DNA from: the human T2T-CHM13v2.0 reference genome, Homo sapiens
DNA length: 64,000 bases
Reading direction: 5' to 3' (one strand)
Assembly (NCBI RefSeq): GCF_009914755.1
Contig: NC_060927.1
Positions 46,860-61,430 of this stretch are shown in pieces. Below the pieces are notes generated by a model. That model searched no databases, was not told the DNA's origin, and was given only the letters and a program-made list of their open reading frames with translations. Both the position numbers and the translations under genes were made by a program. Within the stretch, counting starts at the first letter, position 1. Every line of letters starts with the position of its first letter.

Positions 46860-47750
46860 ACCAATGCTTTCTCTAAGGTCCATATCTCTATCACTGTTGT
46901 CTACCACCAGGTTGGAAACCTCAGGGTCACTATACACCTTCCTCTGCCTTAAAGCCAATTCATCAGTAAGTTCTTACAGTTCTGCTTCCTTCATATTTTT
47001 TCTCACATCTGTGTTTCCATTCCAATTTCACTGCAATCACCTACTGCTTTTTATCTAGCTGATTGTTTACTAACTGGCTCTCCAACCTCTTTCACTCCTC
47101 TAGTCCTGTTTCTTTGCATTCACTAAATCTAAGATGACTACATTAGCCTGACACTCAAGGTCAGTTCCGTATCTCTTCTAACTTTTCTCATGTGTCCTGT
47201 ATATTGGCCATACTGTACCCTCAGATTTCTTGAATATCCTCCAGAACATCCTGGGAATCTACATTCTGGGCTCTACATCTTTGCTCAAGTTTTCTCTTAC
47301 TTTGAATATCCCATATTTCATCTCTGCCCTGTTGAAATCATACTTATTATCCTTCATACTTATTAAATGGTGTCTTCATCTTATAACTGTCTTGATTCCT
47401 CTCTGCCAGGTAGGACTTCACTCCCCACAGTGAATTCCTCCCTAGGTCTTTCTCCGAAATGCCTAAGCTCTTTTTTTTCTTAATCTTATTTCACTCACTC
47501 AATTTTATTTCAATAATGGCTATTTATGTGCATATCCCTCTTGTGAGACTGTAAGCTCTCTGAAGGTAAGGAAATGTCTTAGTTATTTTAGTATTCCTAG
47601 TGTTCACCTATTCTTTTCTTCTTCCTTCTCTCCTGTCATTCATTCATTTACATATTCATTTTACAAATATTTATGATGTACCCATGATGTGCCAACATGG
47701 GCTAAAGAATAAAACAGGACTGGTTCCTTCCCTCCCAGAGTTTACTGCCT
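46860..47750. mobile_element. Degenerate L2 fragments
   Basis: gagactgtaagctctctgaaggtaagg and tcattcattcatttacatattcatt resemble L2 3'-end motifs. Confidence 0.5.
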
Positions 47751-48894
47751 TGTCTATACTATTAAGCAATGTAGCTTAGACAAAGCTGTCATTCAATAAT
47801 TGATTGTGGACAGAATGAAATGAAGCTGAAATTAAAGTGTATTTTAAGAACGGTCATAGTCTGAATCCCAATTAAGTTTCCTACTTTTTATGCAGCAAGG
47901 TAGCAAAACTACCTGACTGGCTGCTTTTGCTTTAAGTCTGTGAGGGGTATTTAATAAGAGCAGGACTATTTTGCTCAGTAAGGCTAGGCTGGCCCTCATG
48001 ATTCATTTAAATATAGGGTCAAAACAGTAATGACATATGTCACCTAGCAGAAAAAAGTGTTTATTTTTGATATTCATAGACAGGGCCTAGGATACTTTCA
48101 GATGTGTGCTTCAGAAAATTAAGAAAGCTTTCTTTCAAACATAAGGACATAGCAAAACCACCAATATATTACTCTTTTATTTTTAACACTGCAAAAATTA
48201 TATTGTTCTTCATATCAATGCCCTTGTTTCCTTCCCTAGATTCGCTCTTGTTTCCTACCTGACATCTTGTATCACACCCTCCTGTTGCCTCAGTGATCAC
48301 TTTGGGAGAATATTGATAGCACAGAGGCATTGGAGCTACCTCTATAAACAGGAAATGTTAGCAACTCAACCTTTTTGGCTCACCCCCTTATTTGTCTTAT
48401 ATCACTTTACTTACCCTTATACCACTGGGCTGTTTCCCAACTGTCCAGATAATAGAGAACTGCTCACCATCCTCAGAAGCAATTCATGTCCTGTCTCACC
48501 CTCTCTAATGGTTCTTCGGACTCCTTTTTCCGGAGCTGAGAAACCCTAAAACATAGCACCCGTTTACGTCTAGACATGCACAGGTGCTGTGAATTGACCC
48601 CATTTTTGCAGTTCATAGTTTATTAAGGAGGAAAGAATAAGCCCTGTCATAATTAGTTGAAAATACATTTTGAGGCTGTATAAAAAGAATTATAAACATG
48701 GCACATCTGAGGGCAAGTCTTTTCAAGCCTCTGTGGCGATGCACTATTCCCTGGAGCCTTTAGAGGGCAGCAGCACACTGGCTGACTCCAGCGGATTTCA
48801 GAGAGGCGAACTCCCGACCAGAACCTTCCTCCTGGTCACCATGCCAAAGGTTGATTTGCCAGGCTCTGGCCTCTCAGTCTCTTTCTTTTCAGTT

Positions 48895-48900
<6 letters not shown>

Positions 48901-48932
<32 letters not shown>

Positions 48933-48971
48933 CTCTCTCTCTCTCTCTCATTTTCTCTCTCTCTCTCTCTC
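48901..48971 (+). repeat. Interrupted (CT)n/(GA)n microsatellite
   Basis: Three ctct runs separated by catt/catttt. Confidence 0.95.
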
Positions 48972-49576
48972 CAACCCCTTCCTCCTCTCTCTCTGTTAAA
49001 ATTATACACTCTGATGAAGTCGCCCCTCAACCGGAAAATGAAAGCTCCAATGAAAAAGTTAGACAAGCCAACAACAACAAAGAAAGAAACCAGGGAAAAA
49101 GGAAAAGGGGGCTGGTGACAGGGAAGGACTTAAGAATAAGAAAAGGGCAGATGTTTCGCAAATATATGCAAAGCAAAACTGGGTGTACCCTGAACACTTC
49201 CACAGAGAAACAGACCAATCATTGTGCACTTCCTCCCGCCACACTGGTGGAGCTCTGCATTCAAAAAAAGAAAAAAAAAAAAGGCAAAAAAGCGTGGCCG
49301 CAGGCACCCGCCTTTCAACGGTCAGTTCTGACATTCTGACTGAACATCTCTCAATTGTCCAAGGAGAACAAAAACATTTTCATCTCCTCACTGCAAACAT
49401 TTCTGTTATGAGAAAAGGCTGCTTCAAGAATTGGGAGTGTGTTTTAAGGAGACTGGCGGCCGAGTTAGCCAGCAGAGCCTTCTGGTTTTTAACTCTCATT
49501 GTGCTGGCCCCAGCAAGAAGTTTTAGGCTGAAACATAGCAGTGAGTAAGGCTGTGGAGGATGTTGGCTCTTTCCTA

Positions 49577-49822
<246 letters not shown>

Positions 49823-49875
49823 TCACCCTATCCCAATTTTCTCTCTTCACTGGGCTCCCACCCTCTCTTGCACGT

Positions 49876-49952
49876 TAATGTGCCTTTTACTTATCAGCTT
49901 GGTCTTTTCCTATCTGGTAAGTAATGTGCCTGTTACTTATCAGATAGGAAAA
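49876..49952. repeat. Combined 22-nt direct repeat and 20-bp inverted repeat
   Basis: Inverted arms at 49905-49924 and 49933-49952 (19/20 complementary); direct copies at 49876-49897 and 49922-49943 (21/22 identical). Confidence 0.9.
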
Positions 49953-50129
49953 AATTAGTTGGAACCTCCTATTGGCTCATGATAATTTAGACCAGTGATG
50001 CCTCCCCCAATCTTACTGGAGTCGTAACAATTTCCCTACTCTTTTCCCCAACAATACATTAAATAGGCTTAGTATCTGGGCAGGAGAGAAAGGGTAGGTG
50101 GTAACAAACCACCCCAATAAGGGTGGTAG

Positions 50130-50325
50130 TGGAACTGCGCTCCACTACCTATTAGCTGTATGTCCTGGGTAGATTACTCCACATCTCTGAGCCTCATTTT
50201 CCTCATCTGTAAAATGGGAATAATAATACCTACCGCTTAGGGTTATTGTGAGGAACAAATGAGATAAGCCATGTAAAGTGATTTGCCTTGTGCTGGCACA
50301 TGGTAAGAGCTCAATAATGGTAGTT
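50130..50325 (+). mobile_element. MIR SINE
   Basis: tctctgagcctcattttcctcatctgtaaaatgggaataataatacctacc...ggcacatggtaagagctcaataat. Confidence 0.9.
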
Positions 50326-50386
50326 CCTCTCATAGGGATTGTTAGTTCTGTGATATTCATCATGTTAGCTTTAAGAAGACATTTCC

Positions 50387-50667
50387 GGGCAAGGGGTGGT
50401 AGCTCATGCCTGTAATCCCAGTACTTTGGGAAGTCGAGGCGGGCGGATCACGAGGTCAAGTGATCGAGACAATCCTGGCCAACATGGTGAAATCCTGTCT
50501 CTACCAAAAATTCAAAAATTAGCTGGGCATGGTGGTGCATGCCTGTAGTCCCAGCTACTCAGGAGGCTGAGGCAGGAGAATTGCTTGAACCCGGGAGTGC
50601 AGAGGTTGCAGTGAGCCGAGATGGCGCCACTGCACTGCAGCCTGGAGCAAGAAAAAAACAAAAGAAA
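50387..50667 (+). mobile_element. Alu (AluSc-like)
   Basis: Alu body; target-site duplication aagaagacatttcc at 50373-50386 and 50668-50681. Confidence 0.95.
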
Positions 50668-51138
50668 AAGAAGACATTTCCCTTCATTTCAGTAATCTGT
50701 TTAGATATCTAGATTTTGGGTAGGGGCAAATGGATTGTTATTGTAGCAAAGGCAGAAACAATGTTAGGACCAGCAATCTCTTCCTCAACATTTGATCTTG
50801 CTGTATACTTCCTGACATCTCCTTTCTGCTCACATGTTTGTCATTGCTGTGGCTATACTACACCATGAGCTCCTTGAAGCTGAGGGTTGAGCAAGCTGCA
50901 CTTAGCCTATAGAAGCCCATCAAGCCTGGACACTATGGTCTATTCATTGAGACCAACCTATGGGACTCTGGCTTATCGTGTTTTCTTGCAATTTATCATT
51001 TCTCTACCTGGTCTGATGTCCTCACATCAATTTAAGATATTTTAGTGATTAAACACATTTTATTTTCTCAATCTTATTTTTTTTAACCTTGGCAGGGCTG
51101 ATTTATAATTTTTTTTTCAGTATAATTTCCTCTTAACT

Positions 51139-51600
51139 GTATCAGTCAGGATCCTGGCAAAAATAGATGGCACATGCAAAGTTTTTAGCTAAAGAGGATT
51201 TAATGAAAAAACTGTATTTGGAGCTGCAGATGAGGTTAAGGGACCTCAAGAGAGATAGCACCAGGTACTAGCAATAGTAGAGACTGCCAGGTACTAGCAG
51301 TAGTGGAAAGCTTTAAACCATTTAAACTGAAGGGGCAAGTAAAATGGTGATGAATTCTGAGTCCAGTCAGAATTGGAGTTGGGAAGGAGGGCTGAACTAA
51401 CACATTTCCTGACCTCTCTCTTCCCCCACTTTCACATCTCCTGCTGATGTCTCCTTTTGGCCAAATTCAAAGGGAAGCCCAAGGACAAGAGAGCCTGGGT
51501 AATGTAGTCCAGAAGGCCAGTCTTCTGGGTCACACATCAGGGCAAAAGAATGGTTCTGGGGTTTTTTTGGGGGTAGAATGGGGTGGCAAGACTAATCAAC
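51139..51600. mobile_element. Old ERVL-class solo LTR (LTR33-like)
   Basis: Begins tgtatcagtcaggatcctggcaaaaatagatggcacatgcaaa...gaggatttaatgaaa, resembling the LTR33 terminus as I recall it. Contains an internal duplication of ccaggtactagca (51261-51273 and 51287-51299). Confidence 0.5.
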
Positions 51601-53804
51601 ATATGTGTTCTTCTCTCTTATACTTTCAATTATACTTTCTGGAAGGAAAGACAGAACAAAATAAAATAGGTTCTGTCTTAGCTTCCATGTACCTATTATG
51701 TCGAATTGCCATTCACAGAGCAAGAAAAGAGAATGCTGCTCAGCCGAGCAGGGATTTTTGTTTGTTTTGCTTGCTGCCATATTCCTAGTTCCTAGAACAG
51801 TGTCTGGCACATAGTAAATGGTCAGCAAATTTTAAATGACTGAGTAAATATACTCACCTCTGCCGTGACAGACTTTATATATATATCATCTCATTGACTT
51901 ATCACAATAATCTGGTTAAGTAGGCAGGGCCACTGAGCATTATTGTGCAGGTGGTATGGGGGGGTGGGTAGGTATTAAAATTTAATATGTGCCTCCCCAA
52001 CCCACTTCCAAGCCTTGTGACTAGGCCCAAAGCATTGTCAACCCACCAGAAGAGATATACTTCTGTAAATGATTCACATTTTAATTTTTTATCCTCTTTA
52101 TTGATTTTTGCACCTAGCAAGTTTCTGTTTTATTATTATTATTTCTCTTTTATGCATTGGAAAGCCAAGTTTCTGAATAGCAAAGACTGCAAAGATTATA
52201 ACCCAATCTGTCCATTCTCTAGGGCCCATGAGAAGTAAAAGCAGGCACTGGCATTCTGCACAGATGAAATACTTCCTACGACAGGAATACATGCTCACTT
52301 GTGGACTTCTCTGTAATCTGTAGGCAACATCAGCTCCTGATTTCTAGGTCTGGATCTGGGTTCTCTGTAGCACAGGAAGGTAAGAGTGATAAGAACTCTT
52401 TTCCCTCTTAAAGGATATAGAAACTTTTAAACCCATCTGCATCATAGTAAGGCTGTGTTATCTGTATCAGCATAGTTACTCTGCGATGAAGAAAAACTCA
52501 GAAAACTATCCAGATGTGGGAATTTCTCGGGTATTCCTTGCACTTGAACTTAAGGATGAATGAAGGTATATACAAGTAAGTTCCTTGTGTGGGTGTGGAC
52601 TGAAGAAACTATGTTTGATCTTCTGTCATGTCTTTAGTCCCCAGTAACTCAGTCCTATTAGTACTATAGAACACATTCCCCTCCGGGAAAGGCAGGCCTG
52701 TCTATCACCTACACAGCAGCCCCCATCAACTATGATTCAGTTGACTGGAAGCATTAAAGGTAAAAAAGCAACACAAAATAAAGCAAAACTCTGGCTTCAT
52801 CCCTTTAGGTTTGATTTATACCAGAATAGCTAAAGACATAGAAATATGAATGTAAATATCCTACCTGAAGCCTAAGAGGGATGTTAGTCTCCCAGGTTTA
52901 GCGTTTTCCAGTAACATAGAAGTCTGTAAAACACCATCCCATTACCTGCCTCATAACATATAGGAAAACTTGTGAATATAACAACTAGTTATTGTTTTAA
53001 AATGTGTAATTAAGTTACTTTGCATGCAGAACTTCTAAATAATTCAAATGACTGGCTTTTCTATTGGAAAATAGCATATATTCATCTGTTATTTCAGCAA
53101 TGATTAATGAATACTTGATATCAAACTTTCATCAGTATTTTCCCATAGGTATCATATCCCCTACCCCAAATTATTTCTGTACTTTTCCTTGCAAGGTCTC
53201 TACTTCTCCTACATAAATGCCTTGCATGGCGGGAACTAAATCAACTACACAGACCCATACATCCAGAGAGCAGAGGTGAGCTGGATACAAGTGGCTTAGA
53301 GATGTGGTGGAAGGAGGCCAGAGCTCCAAGGGAAGGGCAGCAAGGAGACAACAGCATGGGTTGCAGCTCAGACAACAGGTAAATAAAACCAAGCAAAGCT
53401 GCTGGTCACAGATTTGACCAGGGTGGCAAGAAATGACAAGCTACCATGAGATTCAACAGTGGCACGGAAGGATGATGAGAAGCAAACAGATTAGGAGAAG
53501 CTGCCACCACCGTACATAGAGGCACAGATGACCAAGCAGAACAGCACCAGTCCCTGCAAGGTGTGCTCAGATACAGCTCAGCACAGCCATCTGGCCAGGA
53601 GGGAATGATAATGCACATGGTGTGCACTGCAGCCGGGAAGTTGAGAACCGCTGTGGGCACCTCAGGACTGAGTCTGGTTACCCTGCTGATCCAAGAAATG
53701 AAGCCATCTAAAATTTTGCCTGCTTTCACAATTTTCTGTGTGTGTGTGTGTTTATTAAACAAAGTGAACTAAGAAGCCTTTTATTGGAGACATAATGTAC
53801 TCAC

Positions 53805-53905
53805 AGTAGTTTCAAAATCAATGGTGTCACTCTTCAGGTAAATTACTCCAAGGCTTGGGCCTAGTGCAGATGTTCATTGGGGCAGGGAGCAGAGAGCGGC
53901 TGCAT
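53805..53905 (-). other. ZBTB20: ZBTB20 non-coding 5'UTR exon (101 nt)
   Basis: Acceptor tttttgttttttgtctgatctag|ATGCAGCC and donor AACTACT|gtgagt. The sequence resembles the ZBTB20 mRNA leader as I recall it. Confidence 0.78.
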
Positions 53906-54267
53906 CTAGATCAGACAAAAAACAAAAATAAGGTTGTTAAATGAACAGGTGATGGTGATGGCAATTATTTATTTTGATAGGAAAGAACTTTGGGACTTGA
54001 GTGAGAGGTTGGTTGTTTGGTTCTACATCTTTGCACCAGAGAATGGCGAGGTACGGAAGGGAGAATGGAGAGGATGTTGTCCAGGCTCCATTTTCAGTGC
54101 TTTCACCTAACTGCCTGTGCAGCCTGGGACATCAACAGTACCCTGTCAGTGCGGGCGGAGCTGATTTTGTGGTTCTGACTTAGAAGCTGAGTTGTGGGTG
54201 ACAGTGGAGGAAGGAAGTAGAAACAGTGTCCTTCAACCTTCCCACAGTTGATTCTTCTAGTATCCTT

Positions 54268-55130
<863 letters not shown>

Positions 55131-55299
55131 GATATTCTTGATTTCATTTCAGTCTCTCTCTTTATTGCTTAGTTCTTAATGTATTCTAGTGACACCCATT
55201 GATCTGGGCATGTTCTGAGCATTCCCTCTGTCCTTCACTGCAAAGGCTCCATTTTCTTCCATAGGCTCTAACCCTGAGGACACCGAATTACCCTATTTT

Positions 55300-56470
55300 T
55301 TCCCCTATACCTCAGTCTGCTATTCTGCCTTCTTCACTGGCTTATTTTCTTTCTTCTGTTCTCTAAATGTAGACATTCCTCTAGATCCTCTCCTCAGGCT
55401 TTGTCTACCCCAGTCCTCCCTGACCTCAACAATCACTTCTCCATGGAGAGCATCCACATTGCTATCTTTAGTTCTAGCTTTTCTACAGAGCTGCACAACC
55501 ACATTCTAAATAACAGCTGGTTATTGGTTCACTCGTTCCTTTGTCCATTCATTCAGTGTTTATATAGCATCTATGAGGCACCTGGATGAATACAACAGGG
55601 TCTCTAACTTTGAGAAGTTCACATCGCCATCAAATACTACACAGGCTTTTCTAATTCAGAAAGTTTAGAACTTAATTCATTGTCTTTCCTTTAAAATCTG
55701 TTCCTTCTCTAGACGTCCCATTTCCTGCCATTGGTATTCTCTTCATCCAGTTACGTGGGCCTACAGCTGGGGAGTCATCTTTAATTCTTCCGTTTTTTTT
55801 TCTTCCTATATCCAATTAGCTACCCAATCCTGTAGATTCTACTCTGATTGTGATTCCTGAATCAATACCTGTTTTCTATACCAACCCCTATTTCTCCCTT
55901 TGCTACCTACTGTGAGGACATCTATGAAAAGCTCCTGACTGGTTTCACTTTTCCAGTTTTTCTTTACCTCTTGTCCATCCTTCACACAAACATTACATTA
56001 ATTTTTCTAAAGTGCCCTTCTAAACATATCACTTCTTTGCTTACAGTCCTCCTTGCTTATTGGATTAAATTCAAACTTCTCAGTTTGGTATTCAAAGCTG
56101 CTACAATGTAGCCCAATCTAGTTTCTCACTCTTATCTCTACACTCCATTCTACGCTCCAGCAAAGTCCTACTCTTTCCTACCATGTTCATGGTATTTCTT
56201 CCTTTCTTTCAATGTCTACATGTAGCTTCTTCAAGGGCCATCCAAATGCCACCTCATTTATGAAGCATTTCACAAAGGAGAGTGCCCTTCTTAAATATTA
56301 TTAGCACATTCTGTACTACTCCCTTTGCATATTCTACCAATTAGAATGGTTATTTGTGTAATTTGTCTTCCTTCTTCATAAGCCCTTTGAAAGCTGAGAC
56401 AATTTTTACTCTGAGTACCCTATAGTGGGCCATGACTTCTTGCACGTTAAGTTTGCACTAGGCTGATAAT
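55300..56470. mobile_element. Degenerate L2 fragments
   Basis: ggagtcatctttaattcttcc, ttttctaaagtg...atcacttctttgctta and ccaaatgccacctc resemble L2 motifs. Confidence 0.55.
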
Positions 56471-56949
56471 CTGCTGAACTGAATTTAAAAAGAATAAAAC
56501 CTCTTGCTTTGAGTCATAGAAACGGGGACTAAATTGAAAAGACCTAAAAGCTCATCTGCTTCAACCCCCTCATTTTTCAGATGAAGAGATGAAGGGAACT
56601 GACTTGCTCAAGGTCGCATCCTTGTTAGTGGCTGGGCAAGGATAACAGACATAAAAGGCCACAGACTAATATTTATCAGTGCTTACTTGGCACCAATAGG
56701 CCCAACAGATCATCAGTAATGACAAGACCAGAGAGAGGGAGGTTGGGGTGTGTAACCTGCAAAAATATATTGTGTTCCAAAATATAACAAATTTGCTTCA
56801 TTTATTTGCTTCAACAAACCGAACTAATAAATATGTTTTATAGTTAAATGTTGTCTAAAAAATGAGGGTGGATTTAAAAAACAAGGAAGCAAAGTTTTCT
56901 AACATTACCAGCAGAAATAATTATGACAATACTGTCAACACCACTGGGG

Positions 56950-57250
56950 AGGAGGTGCGGATGGTTAATGGGTACAAAAAATAGAAAGAATGAATACGAC
57001 CTACTATTTGATAGCACAACAGAGTGACTATAGTCAATAATAACTTAATCGTACATTTTAAAATAACTAAAAGAGGGTAATTGGATTGTTTGTAACACAA
57101 AAGATAAATGCTTAAGAGGATATATGCCCCATTCTCCATGATGGGATTATTTCACACGGCATGCCTATATCAAAACATCTCATGTACCCCAGAAATATAT
57201 ACACCTACTATGTACCCACAAAAATTAAAAACAAATAAAATGTTAAAAAT
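56950..57250 (+). mobile_element. 5'-truncated L1MA 3' end with target-site duplication
   Basis: ggatggttaatgggtacaaaaaatag...tatatacacctactatgtacccacaaaaattaaaaa; duplication accactgggg at 56940-56949 and 57251-57260. Confidence 0.9.
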
Positions 57251-58879
57251 ACCACTGGGGTGATAAACTCAGGCTGAAAATAAGAATAAAGAAATTTCTC
57301 ATGCTTTGGAAAAGCTGTGTGTTCAGCTGGAGTTCTTGGTGAAAACATGCAGTAATTCCATGGTTAAATTCATTACTTTGTAGAAACAAACTATTGGCAA
57401 TCTGCTATTATGCCACATTAACACTTCTTTTTCCACCTAGCTTAGCCTAGTACTCATTCTCTAGGTTTGTTTAAATGTTTACTTGTTTTTCTTTCCTTAT
57501 ATTACTAATTTACTTGTAGAAATGCATAGACAATTGCCTCTGAGTCTGTTCAAATTTTCTTGCCTTGTTCTTCTCTTGTAGTAGAGGAAACATTAGTTGT
57601 TTCTCTTCTCTATCCTTATCCTCAAACAGAATCATTTTCTCTCACCCAAAGATGAAAAGCCCAACAAAACATGCTGTGGGGATAATAGTGTTTACCTAGG
57701 TGAGGAAAACAGACTTTTCCAGGGAATCTCAGTAATTATTACTTGGCCAGAAAAGCTCAGCTCTTAAATGTTAGCTCCAATACTACAAGACCTCATCTGC
57801 ATCTCCCAGGTGAGCGCTTGACTCACTGTTACTCACCAGAGGAAAACCTTGGTAGGTAGCATTAATCAAACTCTTTTTGGCCAGTATGGTGGAGCCATGC
57901 TACGCATTGAGACATCCATTAAATAGCATCACCCCAGCAGCCACACAAACAGCAAAATGGGCTCAAGAGCTCTTCATTGTTCTTTCTAACCCATCATAAG
58001 GCTGGACAAATTATTGACACTTCACCAGATAGAACTTCTCCTTTTGCCCCCTGGCAACTACATTAAAATCATAAAGGAAATCACTCATCAATAGTACATT
58101 GCAGTGAAAAATTATCTGGCAAATTTACAAATCCTTTGTGTAATTATATAAATGTACATTTTAAATATATCTAAAATCTGATTTACATTGTGCATTTTAT
58201 AATTAATACAACCATAGTATGTCTGTCCTTTAATTAAATCCTTCTTTCTCAGTCCCACATCCTGCTGCTATAATCTTACTTTCATTTTTGGCAAAGTGTC
58301 ACCTAGCTCCATCTTCTTTCCCCTTTTGCCTTAGTACACACCTGAGCGTCTATTAATCAGAACCACTGCATGGTGTGTCATGTTTTATTGCTTAAAGGGT
58401 GGTTACACTCTAAAAAAGATTCGGTGAGAATGACTTCATGGGGTTTCACATTTATTCTCTTTTAATGACTTTCATATCCAGTGTACTCGGTTTTTAAGTC
58501 AAAAGATAATTTTGAGGGGCTGCTGATGCCACAAATTCTCCCTAGAACCTGAAAATCCAGCTGTTGTCTCTGCTTCTTACATCATCACTGTAATAAAGAA
58601 TCTGCTCTTGGAACCCGGCTGGCAAGTTTCTTGATGGTGTCAGAGGCGAACAGACAGTAGGTCACTTCTCTACAGCCCGTTTCATTGTTGGCGTTTCTGC
58701 AGATCTGTCTTGGAAGCCCTTAGAGAGCAGAGCTGTTATGAAACACACTGCCACATATCAATGTAAGGAACTTTCTGCAGATGTCTACTTTGAGTATGGC
58801 CTGTCCCAGTCCTAGGAAATCACACCACATCGTTCTAAAATTATAGATGGGGGGTTCATGATTAAAGTTTACAAGAAAG

Positions 58880-59145
58880 GTAATAGTAACAATAACAGCT
58901 AGCATTTATTGGATGTCTAAATTTTATCAGGGACTGCACCAGGCATTTTTATAAATGAGTATGTTCTTGTTTAACCCTCATAGCAATGCTATGGTGTATG
59001 TTTTAGTATACCCATTTTACAGATAAGGAAAAGTGAGACTTAATGGGCTTACGTAACAGGTCGAAGTTTAGAAAGCTACTGGATAGTGAGGCCAGAATCC
59101 AAACCCAGATCTCTCTGAGTCTAAATCTGTACTCTTTTCACTATA
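58880..59145 (-). mobile_element. MIR SINE
   Basis: aataacagctagcatttattg...cccattttacagataaggaaa...aaacccagatctctctgagtctaaa. Confidence 0.8.
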
Positions 59146-59359
59146 TAACAACTGTTCCAATGCAGCATGGACACGGGACACATTTCTAGTTCCCGCTGTG
59201 ATCACAGTACAAGGAAGATGCTTATTTCCACGATGGTTCAGAGCCACTGGAAAGATCTGGGAGCACAGACTCCAGGAGAAGGAACTATTTCAGAAACTGC
59301 CAATAAGTATAGTCCCTTCCCTCCTCCTTTCTAATTGCAGATGAGAATGTCTTCTAACA

Positions 59360-59490
59360 GTCTTCTCAAACTCTAATGAACAAACGAATCACCCAGGGCT
59401 TCTGATTCAGCATGTCTGGGGTGGAGCTTGTGATCCTGCATTTCTGAGAAGCTCCCAGGTGATGCTGATGCTACTGGTCTGGGACCACAG
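59360..59490. mobile_element. MER5A-like hAT relic
   Basis: ttctgattcagcatgtctggggtggagc...tgcatttctgagaagctcccaggtgatgctgatgctactggtctgggaccaca. Confidence 0.75.
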
Positions 59491-61199
59491 GTCTTATTTC
59501 TGACACTCTCCTTTCTACTAGGGTTGTTTTTGAAGGAGCAGTTCAAGCCAAATAACTTGGCTAACAGTTCACACAGCCAGCCGACTGGCTTCTGATTCTA
59601 GGCCAGTTTGTCAGGTCATCAGGCATTACACAGAATTCAAGGAGTTCTTAGCATAGAGCACACTGTCAAAAAATTGTTTTTAGATCCCCAAGGGTTTTCC
59701 CCTCTCTCTGGAAATTCAAAATGATAATGTCTCTAACATGTAAAGTTCCTATTTTTTTACATTATTGTTATTTTTAACAATAATTATCTGGTAATAATTC
59801 AAATAACACCTTCCCTCTGAGAAATTCAATGAGCTTTACTAACCTTAATTGTCTAACAGCAATTCCCAGGTGAAGATAAAGCTGTCTCAAAGATCATAGT
59901 AAATTTAAAATTGTTCCACTTCCCTCGTTTCTTTGCCCCAAATGTAGTGGTGAGTTAGTGGGGACGGGTTACTAATTGGCAAAGGCCCACTATCATAATT
60001 TGAGGCACAGCAAATTTCATAAAAAGGATACATCTAAGAAATAATTAGCAGAGAGGTCATTGTGGGGAATACAATGTTAGAAAAAAAAGAGTTAGAAAGT
60101 GTAAGATAAGAAAAGAGAAAGCAAAATCAGGACTAGCTGATGACCTCCGATGAGACATTTAACCTCTAGGTGGCTCAGCTTTTCTATCTGCAAAAAGAGG
60201 AGGTTGGTTTTATGATTTTTAAGGTCCCTTAAAACTCTAATAGTCCCCTGAGAAGGAAGATGTGGGAATTAAGTAGCTCATCAACCTGTTAAACCATTAA
60301 ACATGTTAAGGAAGTCTATTTGACTTTTAACTTTTTAGCTAATTACCCGAAACAAATTCCCAAGTCTACGTCACCAGCCCCACCTCTCTGGAAAGTGGTG
60401 AGAAAACCATTTAATGAATAAGGCACCAAAGACATCACGGCCAGATAAACTAATCAGGAACACCATCGTCAGCTTACTGATGCTGTGATAACTATTTTAC
60501 TTTTTAGGTTTTAGTTCCTTAATTAACCACTAGTTAATACCCATGTCCATAAGAAACACCTCTGATGGCTTGAAGACCCCTGGGATGGCCCTGCCAACAC
60601 AAGGTGGAATCACAATCCCACTGTTTGTCACATTAAATCTATGTTAATTTTCTCCATAGAGACCTCTTGATTCCTCTTTGACAGTTCATAAACTCTGTTA
60701 ATATAAGTTGCACATCCCATGCCATGAGCGTTAGCATTATCAGATACAGTTGATTCTTGTTTAAAATAAGAGATCTTTTGGATCAGAGTACATGTAAACA
60801 CACACACCCACACACCCACACACACAATCATGAATTTCTGGTATTAATGAATCTGGCCTGGTGATGGGAACCCCTCTATTATGTCACCGGATACTGGAAC
60901 CTTCTTATCCAGAAAGCCTGCCACAGGTCATGTTAATAAGATCGTTTTAAACTTTGTAATGAGAATTCTAACATGAGCATGACTTATGACACAGCATTTT
61001 ATTTGGTATTATCAGAGTTTCCTATACCTTACCTCTTACAGTGAGTATGTGTTCTGAATTAACCATTATAGTTTGTGGTAAATGGAAAAAAAGGTACAGA
61101 GAAACATCACAGTGGCATTACTCCAGATAACACACTCTGTCACTGTTCCCAAAGTGAACATCATTTCCCTCTTCCTGCTCCCATCACTTCAATAGTAAC

Positions 61200-61430
61200 T
61201 TTGGCTATTATTGACTAAATGCTTACCGTGTGGCAGGCATTGAGCCTTTTCACAGATAACTTTATTTTCTTACAATTACTCTTTGAAGTTGGGAATTATA
61301 TTCCCATTTTATAGACGAAGGAGGTGAAACTGATACTCAGGAAAGGTACAGTTATTGGTCATCAGTCATGAAGGCAGAGGGTAGCAAAGCAGAGTTAAGG
61401 GCCAGGTTCTAACCACATGTTCTAGAGCTT
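61200..61430 (-). mobile_element. MIR fragment
   Basis: aaatgcttaccgtgtggcaggcat...attcccattttatagacgaagg. Confidence 0.55.

Noticed and set aside
48670-49548. 109-162-aa ORFs with SLSLSL runs
   Set aside because: Produced by the (CT)n microsatellite and low-complexity A-rich sequence, with non-ATG starts.
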